A DNA stretch of 46,135 bases from NCBI GenBank assembly GCA_036568205.1, contig DATCSZ010000413.1, forward strand, positions 1 through 46,135, written 5' to 3'. How positions within the stretch are numbered: position 1 is the stretch's first letter; each line of letters begins with the position of its first letter. The DNA is from Pseudomonadales bacterium. Its GTDB lineage: Bacteria; Pseudomonadota; Gammaproteobacteria; Pseudomonadales; DT-91. A model generated the notes under the pieces. The model did no database searches and was not told where the DNA came from. It was given only the letters and a program-made list of their open reading frames with translations. Below, piece after piece: positions 21,064 to 29,283 of the stretch. The position numbers were made by a program, and so were the translations under genes.

Positions 21064-22412
21064 AAAGACTGTTAGCAGTGTTAATGGTGCTGCCAATGCT
21101 GGCAGTGGCCGAAGAGCAGGTGCTGGACATGAACAGCCTGCTGAAAAAAATGGAACAGGGACGCACACTGGAGGCCCGCGAGCATCGCGAGCGCGAGCAG
21201 CGTTTTCTGCAGGACAAAAATGCACGGGTAAAAATGCTGGCTGATATCAAGGCAGAGCAACAGCGTCAGGAGCAGCGCAGTGCCGGGCTGGAAAAGCAGT
21301 TTGAGGAAAACGACAAGCTGCTGGCAGAAGCCGAACAGCGGCTGCGTGAGCGTCTTGGCAGTCTTGGTGAATTGTTTGGCCATATCACCAGTGCTGCCGG
21401 CGATGCACGCAGCAACCTGGAAACCTCGCTGGTCAGTGCCGAATACCCCGGACGGGATGCCTTTCTTGCCGAACTGGTGGCGATTGCCAGCAGTGGCGTA
21501 GACTTGCCCAGCATCGAACAGATTGAGCAGTTGCGTTATGAATTGTTGCGAGAAATGGCCGAGCAGGGCAAGGTGGTGCGTTTTGCTGCCGAGGTCAGCG
21601 GTGCTGCCGGTGGCAGCAGCCAGCAGCAGGTGCTGCGGGTTGGTGTATTCAACATCATCAACAGCGATGGCCAGTACCTGGCTTACGAGAACGGCAAGCT
21701 GAAAGTATTGGCGCGCCAGCCGCAGGGCAAATACCTGGACGCGGCCGCAGGGCTGGTGGCAGCCTCACCGGGCAGCTATGTGGCGTTTGGTGTCGACCCC
21801 ACCGGCCCGACCGGCGGCAGCCTGCTGTCGGCCCTGATCAATTCGCCAACCTTGAAAGAGCGCTGGCAGCAGGGCGGCCTGGTGGGTTATGTGATTACCG
21901 GTATCGGCGTGTTTGCGCTGCTGCTGGCACTGTGGCGCATTGCCTACCTGGCCGGTGTGGTCGGCAAGGTGAACCGCCAGCTGAAAAGCGCCAGTGCCGA
22001 TGACCACAACCCGCTGGGCCGGGTGCTGAAGGCGGCCGAACAACACGGCAATGCCGACCTGGAAACCCTGGAGCTGAAAATCAACGAGGCCATTATCCGC
22101 GAGCTGCCGCGCCTGCAAACCGGCGAGGCGGTGCTGAAGATCATCGCCGCGGTGGCACCGCTGCTGGGTCTGCTGGGTACCGTGACCGGCATGATCATGA
22201 CCTTCCAGGCGATTACCATTTATGGCGCCGGCGACCCGACCGCCATGGCCGGCGGTATTTCCTCGGCACTGGTCACCACGGTGCTGGGCCTGGTGGTCGC
22301 CATCCCGACCGTGCTGATGTATACCCTGGTCAACAGCCAGAGCAAGCGGGTGATTCATATTCTTGAGGAACAGGCCGCCGGACTGGTGGCCAGGCACCAG
22401 GAGGCCGGCTGA
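21060..22412 (+). CDS. Large MotA/TolQ/ExbB-family proton-channel protein (TtpC-like)
   Basis: 450 aa. Signal peptide plus a ~270-aa periplasmic coiled-coil domain. C-terminal three-TM channel with PLLGLLGTVTGMI. ATGA overlap with the upstream gene. Confidence 0.8.
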   Translation: MKRLLAVLMVLPMLAVAEEQVLDMNSLLKKMEQGRTLEAREHREREQRFLQDKNARVKMLADIKAEQQRQEQRSAGLEKQFEENDKLLAEAEQRLRERLGSLGELFGHITSAAGDARSNLETSLVSAEYPGRDAFLAELVAIASSGVDLPSIEQIEQLRYELLREMAEQGKVVRFAAEVSGAAGGSSQQQVLRVGVFNIINSDGQYLAYENGKLKVLARQPQGKYLDAAAGLVAASPGSYVAFGVDPTGPTGGSLLSALINSPTLKERWQQGGLVGYVITGIGVFALLLALWRIAYLAGVVGKVNRQLKSASADDHNPLGRVLKAAEQHGNADLETLELKINEAIIRELPRLQTGEAVLKIIAAVAPLLGLLGTVTGMIMTFQAITIYGAGDPTAMAGGISSALVTTVLGLVVAIPTVLMYTLVNSQSKRVIHILEEQAAGLVARHQEAG

Positions 22413-22414
22413 TC

Positions 22415-22924
22415 GTGCTGGAGCTGATTGCGCAATTCATGCAGGCTGGCGGTGAGGTACTGTACCTGATTGCCGCACTGACGTTTGTCATGTGGATGCT
22501 GATCATGGAGCGCAGCTGGTATTACCTGGTCGACCTGAAAAAAGACCGCGCCAGTGCACTGCAACAATGGGAGGCACGGGCCGAACGTACCTCCTGGGCG
22601 GCACACAAGATCCGCCTGCTGCTGGTGTCACAGGTCAAGCTGGCGATTCACCAGCACCTGCCGTTGATCCAGGCAATGGTGGCGCTGTGCCCGATGTTTG
22701 GCCTGCTGGGCACGGTATGGGGCATGATCGAGGTGTTCAACGTGATGGCGGTAACCGGCGGTGGTGATGTCAAGGCGATGGCCAGTGGCGTTTCCAAGGC
22801 TACCATTCCCACCATGGCCGGCATGGTGGCGGCGTTATCCGGGTTGTTTGCCAGCACTTTTCTCAAGCGCATGGCCGAACGCGAAATCACCCTGCTGGAA
22901 GACCAGCTGACCATGGATCACTGA
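22415..22924 (+). CDS. exbB: ExbB/TolQ-family proton-channel subunit
   Basis: 169 aa with a GTG start. Motif FGLLGTVWGMIEVF. Confidence 0.8.
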   Translation: MLELIAQFMQAGGEVLYLIAALTFVMWMLIMERSWYYLVDLKKDRASALQQWEARAERTSWAAHKIRLLLVSQVKLAIHQHLPLIQAMVALCPMFGLLGTVWGMIEVFNVMAVTGGGDVKAMASGVSKATIPTMAGMVAALSGLFASTFLKRMAEREITLLEDQLTMDH

Positions 22925-22925
22925 C

Positions 22926-23330
22926 ATGAAACGCGCCTCCTTGACCCAAAGTGACGAACAGCCCGGCGAAATCGACCTGACGCCAATGCTGGACGTGGTG
23001 TTTATCATGCTGATCTTTTTTATTGTCACCGCCACCTTTATCAAGGAACCCGGTATTGATGTGACCCGTCCCGATGCGGTCAGCGCCGAGGCGGTAAAAA
23101 ACCAGCGTATCCTGGTGGCGATCAGCAACGACAACAAGGTGTGGATCAACCGTGTCATGCTGGCCGATCACCAGGTCCGTTCGGCGATCGAAAAACTGCA
23201 CGTGGAAAACCCGAAAGGCGCGGTGGTGATCCAGGCTGACAAGGACAGCACCGCTGAAACCATTGCCAGGGTAATGGATGCCGCCAAACAGGCCGGTGTT
23301 ACCCAGGTATCACTGGCAACACGGCAATAA
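22926..23330 (+). CDS. exbD: ExbD/TolR-family protein
   Basis: 134 aa. Motif IDLTPMLDVVFIMLIFFIV followed by a periplasmic domain. Confidence 0.85.
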   Translation: MKRASLTQSDEQPGEIDLTPMLDVVFIMLIFFIVTATFIKEPGIDVTRPDAVSAEAVKNQRILVAISNDNKVWINRVMLADHQVRSAIEKLHVENPKGAVVIQADKDSTAETIARVMDAAKQAGVTQVSLATRQ

Positions 23331-23334
23331 CGGC

Positions 23335-23937
23335 ATGGCACTGTTTCGTCTGGCAATAGGCGCTGTCGCGGCACTGGTCATCACCACCTTGCTGCTGGTC
23401 CTGATGCAATCACTGATCCAGCAGGATGAGCTGGACATCGACGACCAGGCAGGCCGAAAAATTGCCGATATCCAGATGGGCAAGCAGGAGATAGAAACTC
23501 GCGTCAAGGAACAGAAGCCGGACAAGCCGGACGAGCCGGACCAGCCACCGCCGCCACCGGAAATGCAGCAGTTGCAGGACAATCCGGTCAATACCCAGGC
23601 AGTCAATGTGACACCGACCTTCGGCCTGGATTTTTCATTCGGTGATGGTGCCCGGCTGTCAGCCAGCGACGGTGAATACCTGCCGATCGTCAAGGTGCCA
23701 CCGGAATACCCGCGCCGGGCACTGTCGCGCGGTATTGAAGGTTATTGTGTAGTGGAATACACCGTCACCAAAACCGGCTCGGTACGTGACCCGAAAGCGG
23801 TGGATTGCGACACCCTGTTTGAAACCACATCCATCCAGGCTGCACTGAAATTCAAGTACAAGCCACGGGTGGAAAATGGCGAGCCGGTGGAAGTGCACGG
23901 CGTGCGCAACATGTTTACCTACAAGCTGGCGGATTAA
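23335..23937 (+). CDS. tonB: TonB-family energy transducer
   Basis: 200 aa from the ATG at 23335. N-terminal anchor, Pro-rich spacer KPDKPDEPDQPPPPPE, and a C-terminal domain with YPRRALSRGIEGYCVVEYTV. Confidence 0.85.
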   Translation: MALFRLAIGAVAALVITTLLLVLMQSLIQQDELDIDDQAGRKIADIQMGKQEIETRVKEQKPDKPDEPDQPPPPPEMQQLQDNPVNTQAVNVTPTFGLDFSFGDGARLSASDGEYLPIVKVPPEYPRRALSRGIEGYCVVEYTVTKTGSVRDPKAVDCDTLFETTSIQAALKFKYKPRVENGEPVEVHGVRNMFTYKLAD

Positions 23938-23940
23938 ACC

Positions 23941-25278
23941 ATGGCAGCGACCAGGCAATACGGCAAGGGCAATAAAACAGCGCAACGGTTGTGGCCGGTG
24001 CTGCTGGCCTGCCTGCTGCTGGCCGTGCCGTGCCGTGCCGAGCAGGAACAAAAGCCGACCTACCAGAAAAAAGAAGCCACTGCACTGATCTCGGCCGATG
24101 TCTATGACGAAATGGTCAAGGCGCAGGAGGCACAGGAGCAGGGCAATGTCGATGCTGCACTGGCCATTCTCGATGGCCTGCGCGCACGCAGCGGCCGCAA
24201 GGCGCTGAAGCCTTACGAACTGGCACAGATGTGGAACTTTTACGCCTATGCCTGGCTGGCAAAGGAAAACTATGGCAAGGCAATAACGTCGTTTGAAAAC
24301 CTGCTGCGCCAGCAGGATGTGCCGGACGCACTGGCCAGCAATACCCGTTTTACCCTGGCGCAGCTGCACTTTGCCGAAGGTGATGTCAAAAAAGCCATTG
24401 CCCTGCTGGAAGACTGGTTCAAGGTGGCAGAAAATCCCGGACCCGATGCCTATGTCATGCTGGCCCAGGCCTATACCCAGAACGAGCAGTTCGATGCAGC
24501 CCTGAAGCAGCTGCTGAAAGCCTTTGATGTCGCCAGGGCGCAGAACAAGGACAGCAAGGAAAACTGGTACGCACTGCTGCAATACCTGTACGCTGAGAAA
24601 CAGCAGCCGGCCCGGCAGATCGAGGCGCTGGAAGTGCTGGTAAACCGCTGGCCGAAACGCAATTACTGGCTGGCACTGGTGGGAGCCTATGCCGAACAGG
24701 GGGATGAGCGCCGCCAGCTGGCCGCGATGGATGCTGCCTACCAGCAGGACATGCTGGACCAGGAAGGCTACCTGGTTGCCTATGCCCAGCTGCTGGCAGC
24801 CGGCAATGCACCGTACCAGGCCGCCAGGGTGCTGGACAAGGCGCTGGACAAACAGCAGATCAAGGCCGATGCCCGCAACCTCGAACGTATCGGTGATTAT
24901 TACCGGCGCGCCAAAGAGGATGAAAAAGCCCTGCCGTTCCTTGAGCGTGCCGCCAGCGCCGCTGACGACGGCGAAACCGCATTGCGGCTGGCCTATGTGT
25001 ATATGGCGCGTTACCACTACGACAAGGCCGCCCGTACGCTGGAAACCGCACTGGCCAAGGGTGGCCTGAACAATCCATTGCAGGCGCGCCTGTTGCACGG
25101 CCAGGCCCTGTTCCATGCCGGCAGCTACGACAAGGCGCGCGAAGTGTTGCAGTCGCTGGTCAGGCTGGCCAGCCAGCAGGAGCAGGAAAAACTGCGCCAG
25201 CAGGCACGCCAGTGGCTTGATTACCTCGACAGCGAGATCAAGCGCCAGCAGGATATCCGCGACTACCTGCAAGGCTGA
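23941..25278 (+). CDS. TPR-repeat periplasmic protein (TtpD-like, last gene of the TonB2-type module)
   Basis: 445 aa. Signal peptide, then repeated TPR-like A/Y/L-rich helices. Its position matches TtpD in Vibrio TonB2 clusters. Confidence 0.65.
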   Translation: MAATRQYGKGNKTAQRLWPVLLACLLLAVPCRAEQEQKPTYQKKEATALISADVYDEMVKAQEAQEQGNVDAALAILDGLRARSGRKALKPYELAQMWNFYAYAWLAKENYGKAITSFENLLRQQDVPDALASNTRFTLAQLHFAEGDVKKAIALLEDWFKVAENPGPDAYVMLAQAYTQNEQFDAALKQLLKAFDVARAQNKDSKENWYALLQYLYAEKQQPARQIEALEVLVNRWPKRNYWLALVGAYAEQGDERRQLAAMDAAYQQDMLDQEGYLVAYAQLLAAGNAPYQAARVLDKALDKQQIKADARNLERIGDYYRRAKEDEKALPFLERAASAADDGETALRLAYVYMARYHYDKAARTLETALAKGGLNNPLQARLLHGQALFHAGSYDKAREVLQSLVRLASQQEQEKLRQQARQWLDYLDSEIKRQQDIRDYLQG

Positions 25279-25286
25279 TTTTGCGC

Positions 25287-25316
25287 TTGGCAAAAGTGCC
25301 ACCCCGGGCGTACAAT
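25287..25316 (+). promoter_or_regulatory. Candidate sigma70 promoter in the ttpD-eamA intergenic region
   Basis: TTGGCA (25287-25292), 18-nt spacer, TACAAT (25311-25316). Confidence 0.35.
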
Positions 25317-25456
25317 CGCCGTTCGTATCCACCTATCTGATAGCCACGTATGAATCCTGTTGCTGCAGTTGTTTTTTGTCATGCCCCGGCGCCTGCCATG
25401 CGCTGGCTGCGAGTGCGTGCCATCTAGCTGCGATACTGATCATCCGTTTTTATTCA

Positions 25457-25490
25457 GGCCGCAGCGTAAAAACTGCGGCCTTCGTCGTTT
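25457..25490 (+). terminator. Hairpin plus U-rich tail (terminator or attenuator)
   Basis: GGCCGCAG (25457-25464), loop CGTAAAAA, CTGCGGCC (25473-25480), then TTCGTCGTTTCT. Lies about 45 nt upstream of the EamA start. Confidence 0.5.
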
Positions 25491-25533
25491 CTGGCGCCGC
25501 AATTTTTCCCGCTGCATGACACGAGGTAATGTT

Positions 25534-26442
25534 ATGCCGGTTATTGCCAGTTATATCCTGGTGGTGATGATCTGGGCCACCACACCCATGGCGATCAAGC
25601 TCAGCAGCCTGGGGATGTCGGCCCAGGCCGCCATCCTGTTGCGTATGCTGCTGGCCACCGTGCTGATGTCACTGGTGGTGGCCGTCTGGCGTCATGCCGC
25701 CTGTCTGAAGCGTCGCCACCTGCCGGTTTACCTGGCAGCCAGCATCGCACTGTTCCCGAACATGGCACTGGTATACCAGGCTTCAGGCTGGATCAGCTCC
25801 GGCATGATCGCGGTGATGTTTGCCCTGACACCGATTGTCAGCGGCATCCTGGCGGCATTGCTGTTGCGCGAAAAACGGCTGGGCCTGCGCGCCGTGCTGG
25901 CGATTGCCATGGCACTGGCCGGGCTGCTGCTGGTGTTTGTCGACCAGCTGGCATTGTCGGCCACCGCACTGAAAGGCATTGGCCTGATGCTGTGCTCGGT
26001 ATTGCTGTTTTCCATCAGCCAGGTCGCGGTGAAATACCTGCAGCGTGAACTTATCGTCGATGCCAGTGAGCAGACCCTGGGCGCCCTGTTACTGTCATTG
26101 CCGGGGCTGCTGGCCAGCTGGTTGTGGTTCGATGGCAGCCTGCCATTGCAGGCACCGGCTGCCAGCCTGTATGCGATAGCCTACCTGGCCGTGGTTGGCT
26201 CGGTGCTGGGTTTTGTTGCCTACTACTTTATCCTCAGCAAGCTCAGTGTGGCGCTGGTATCGCTGATCCCGATGATAACCCCGGTGCTGGCCCTGTGGCT
26301 GGGCGTGCTGGTGCTGCACGAGCAGGTCAGCCCGCAGTTGCAGGCCGGCAGTGCGCTGATTGTGCTGGCGCTGCTGGTCTACCAGCAATGGCGGCTGCCG
26401 AGGCTGGCCGGGTGGGGCTGGAAAGTGGGCAGCCGGCAGTAG
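25534..26442 (+). CDS. DMT-superfamily (EamA-like) transporter
   Basis: 302 aa from the ATG at 25534 (GAGG RBS). About ten TM helices arranged as two EamA-like halves. Confidence 0.7.
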   Translation: MPVIASYILVVMIWATTPMAIKLSSLGMSAQAAILLRMLLATVLMSLVVAVWRHAACLKRRHLPVYLAASIALFPNMALVYQASGWISSGMIAVMFALTPIVSGILAALLLREKRLGLRAVLAIAMALAGLLLVFVDQLALSATALKGIGLMLCSVLLFSISQVAVKYLQRELIVDASEQTLGALLLSLPGLLASWLWFDGSLPLQAPAASLYAIAYLAVVGSVLGFVAYYFILSKLSVALVSLIPMITPVLALWLGVLVLHEQVSPQLQAGSALIVLALLVYQQWRLPRLAGWGWKVGSRQ

Positions 26443-26460
26443 GCAGTTGGCAGTTGGCAG
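26435..26460. repeat. Heptanucleotide tandem repeat (GGCAGTW, about 3.7 copies)
   Basis: ggcagta ggcagtt ggcagtt ggcag. It spans the EamA stop codon (TAG at 26440-26442). Confidence 0.8.
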
Positions 26461-26661
26461 ATGAGCATTGGAGTGGCAGGTTGGGGGGTAAATTATCACC
26501 ATCCTGAAAAGGACGAGATAGACTGTCTGCTGCCTAACTTGAAAGCGTCGCTTGTCATTTGCCTGAAAAACCATGTATTTTGAAGCGTGTTGTATTTGAA
26601 GACACCGATGAAATCTGCACTTTATCAAGGGCAATATCTGTATCAACGTAAGGAAAATCTC

Positions 26662-27126
26662 ATGGTTAAAAAAATCCTGTTCACTGCAAGCCTGTTCGCC
26701 GGGCTACTGTTAACCGGCTGTGCGTCGGTTCCGCTTGACAGTGATGAGGCGTCCCGCTCAGCCAAAGCCTTTAATGCCCCTGATGAAGGCAAAGCAGGTC
26801 TTTATATATACCGGAAGGGTGGCCCAGGACCGCAGCTGAAGAAAGATATCTGGGTGGATGGGAATTGCGTTGGTGAGTCTGCGCCAAAGGTGTTTTTTTA
26901 TAAGCAGGTGGACGGCGGTCAGCAGCACAAGATTTCCACCGAGTCCGAATTTTCTCCCAATCATTTGCAGGTTTTTACCGAACCAGGGAAAAACTATTTC
27001 ATCAAGCAATATATCAAGATCGGGATTTTTGTTGGTGGTGCCAACTTGATGTTGATGAGCGAAGATGAAGGGATGCAAGATGTCGCCCGGTTAAACAAGG
27101 CAGTCAGTGGCCGTTGCAGCAGATAA
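26662..27126 (+). CDS. Small lipoprotein, DUF2846-like
   Basis: 154 aa from the ATG at 26662 (AAGGAAA RBS). Lipobox LLLTGC. The GLYIYRK...VDGNCVG...PGKNYF pattern is typical of DUF2846. The surrounding DNA is visibly AT-richer. Confidence 0.6.
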   Translation: MVKKILFTASLFAGLLLTGCASVPLDSDEASRSAKAFNAPDEGKAGLYIYRKGGPGPQLKKDIWVDGNCVGESAPKVFFYKQVDGGQQHKISTESEFSPNHLQVFTEPGKNYFIKQYIKIGIFVGGANLMLMSEDEGMQDVARLNKAVSGRCSR

Positions 27127-27166
27127 GCCGGCGGAAATCCCTTGCCACAACATCGCTGCCAAAAAA

Positions 27167-27192
27167 ACGCCCGGTCTCCCGGGCGTTTTTTG
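27167..27192. terminator. Bidirectional rho-independent terminator between the lipoprotein gene and ilvD
   Basis: AAAAAAA-ACGCCCGG-tctc-CCGGGCGT-TTTTTT. The flanking A-run and T-run could serve both convergent genes. Confidence 0.85.
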
Positions 27193-27197
27193 TTTCC

Positions 27198-29045
27198 TCA
27201 GTCTTCCAGCTGGCTGATGTCCCGTACCGCGCCTTTGTCGGCGCTGGTCACCAGTTTGGCATAGGCTTTCAGTGCCAGCGATACCTTGCGCGGGCGGGCC
27301 CTGGCCGGCTTCCAGCCGTCCTTGCCTTTGGCATCCATGGCGGCGCGGCGGCGTGCCATTTCATCATCGCTGATCGCGACATTGATGGAGCGTTCGGGGA
27401 TGTTGATTTGTATTACGTCGCCCTGTTCCACCAGCGCAATGGCGCCGCCGGCAGCCGCTTCCGGTGAGGCGTGGCCAATCGACAGGCCGGAGGTGCCGCC
27501 GGAGAAGCGGCCGTCGGTGAGCAGCGCGCAGACCTTGCCGAGACCTTTCGATTTCAGGTAGGAGGTCGGGTACAGCATTTCCTGCATGCCGGGGCCGCCT
27601 TTCGGGCCTTCATAGCGGATGATCACCACATCACCGGCGCTGACCCGGCCTTCAAGAATATCGCTGACCGCATCTTCCTGGCTTTCGCAGATATGGGCGC
27701 GGCCTTCAAACACCAGAATGCTGTCGTCCACACCGGAGGTTTTTACCACACAGCCATCCTCGGCAATATTGCCAAACAGCACGGCCAGGCCGCCTTCCAG
27801 CGAGAAGGCGTGGTTGATGCTGCGAATGCAGCCGTTTTCACGGTCGGCATCCAGTGATGGCCAGCGGGTGGACTGGCTGAATGCGGTCTGGGTCGGGATG
27901 CCGGCAGGGCCGGCCTTGTAAAAGGTTTTTACTGCCTCGTCGCCGGTTTGCATGATGTCCCATTGTTGCAGTGCTTCGCGCAAAGTACGGCTGTGTACCG
28001 TTGGCACGTCGTGATGCAGCAGGCCGGCGCGGTCCAGCTCGCCGAGGATGGCCATGATGCCGCCGGCGCGGTGGACGTCTTCCATATGGTATTTCTGGGT
28101 GTTCGGCGCCACCTTGCACAGCTGCGGCACCTTGCGTGACAGTGCATCGATGTTTTTCATCGTGAAATCGTGGCCGGCTTCCTGGGCGGCGGCCAGCAGG
28201 TGCAGGATGGTGTTGGTGGAGCCACCCATGGCGATATCCAGGCTCATCGCGTTTTCAAATGCCTTGAAGCTGCCGATATTGCGCGGCAGTACGCTGTCAT
28301 CATCCTGCTGGTAGTAACGCTTGCACAGTTCCACCACGGTACGGCCGGCCTGCAGGAACAGCTGTTCGCGGTCGGCATGGGTGGCCAGCAGCGAGCCGTT
28401 GCCGGGCAATGACAGGCCCAGCGCCTCGGTAAGGCAGTTCATTGAGTTGGCGGTGAACATGCCGGAGCAGCTGCCACAGGTGGGACAGGCGCTGCGCTCG
28501 ATTTCGGCCACGTATTCATCCGAGGCGCTGTCGTCGGCAGCAATCACCATCGCATCAACCAGATCCAGCTTGTGTTCGGACAATTTGGTCTTGCCGGCTT
28601 CCATTGGCCCGCCGGAGACAAACACCACCGGGATGTTCAGTCGCATCGCCGCCATCAGCATGCCGGGGGTGATCTTGTCGCAGTTGGAGATGCACACCAG
28701 CGCATCGGCGCAGTGGGCATTGGCCATGTATTCCACCGAGTCGGCAATAATGTCGCGGCTGGGCAGGCTGTACAGCATGCCGTCATGGCCCATGGCGATG
28801 CCGTCGTCGACGGCGATGGTATTGAATTCCTTGGCCACGCCACCAGCTTTTTCGATTTCCCGTGCGACCAGCTGGCCCATGTCTTTCAGGTGCACATGGC
28901 CGGGCACAAACTGGGTGAAGGAGTTGGCGACGGCGATGATCGGCTTGCCGAAGTCATCATCCTTCATGCCGGTGGCGCGCCACAGGGCCCGGGCGCCGGC
29001 CATGTTGCGGCCGGCCGTGGAGGTTTTTGAGCGGTAATCTGGCAT
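27198..29045 (-). CDS. ilvD: Dihydroxy-acid dehydratase
   Basis: 615 aa. [38 protein letters not shown] and SGGPMEAGK. Confidence 0.95.
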   Translation of the reverse strand: MPDYRSKTSTAGRNMAGARALWRATGMKDDDFGKPIIAVANSFTQFVPGHVHLKDMGQLVAREIEKAGGVAKEFNTIAVDDGIAMGHDGMLYSLPSRDIIADSVEYMANAHCADALVCISNCDKITPGMLMAAMRLNIPVVFVSGGPMEAGKTKLSEHKLDLVDAMVIAADDSASDEYVAEIERSACPTCGSCSGMFTANSMNCLTEALGLSLPGNGSLLATHADREQLFLQAGRTVVELCKRYYQQDDDSVLPRNIGSFKAFENAMSLDIAMGGSTNTILHLLAAAQEAGHDFTMKNIDALSRKVPQLCKVAPNTQKYHMEDVHRAGGIMAILGELDRAGLLHHDVPTVHSRTLREALQQWDIMQTGDEAVKTFYKAGPAGIPTQTAFSQSTRWPSLDADRENGCIRSINHAFSLEGGLAVLFGNIAEDGCVVKTSGVDDSILVFEGRAHICESQEDAVSDILEGRVSAGDVVIIRYEGPKGGPGMQEMLYPTSYLKSKGLGKVCALLTDGRFSGGTSGLSIGHASPEAAAGGAIALVEQGDVIQINIPERSINVAISDDEMARRRAAMDAKGKDGWKPARARPRKVSLALKAYAKLVTSADKGAVRDISQLED

Positions 29046-29169
29046 GGTGTTTCCTCATCGCCTTGGCTGGGTGAACAGTGGGCGGATAATAACAAAAAAC
29101 CGCCTGTGATGCCTGTCTTGCGCGGGTCGTCAGGTTTTGTGAACAAAAAAAGGAGAAGCCGGCCGGCCA

Positions 29170-29198
29170 TTGGTTTTTTGCCGCAATGGCGATACTAT
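29170..29198 (+). promoter_or_regulatory. Candidate sigma70 promoter for the large lipoprotein gene
   Basis: TTGGTT (29170-29175), 17-nt spacer, TACTAT (29193-29198). Confidence 0.3.
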
Positions 29199-29283
29199 CA
29201 GCATCGGGTTTTTGTATGTCGCCGGCCGCAAAGGCCGTTGCCGGGGTTGCTGCCGGCCAATCAACAGGGCAGGGGATTTAATC

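Noticed and set aside
23659-25332. 557-aa minus-strand ORF opposite the tonB 3' end and the whole TPR (TtpD-like) gene.
   Set aside because: It is antisense to two genes that fit a conserved operon with tight junctions. The translation is repetitive and L/Q/G/R-rich with no domain signature.
25350-25427. 25-codon leader-peptide-like ORF (MNPVAAVVFCHAPAPAMRWLRVRAI) in the ttpD-eamA gap.
   Set aside because: There is no Shine-Dalgarno sequence in front of the ATG and no run of regulatory codons. It cannot be supported as translated from sequence alone.
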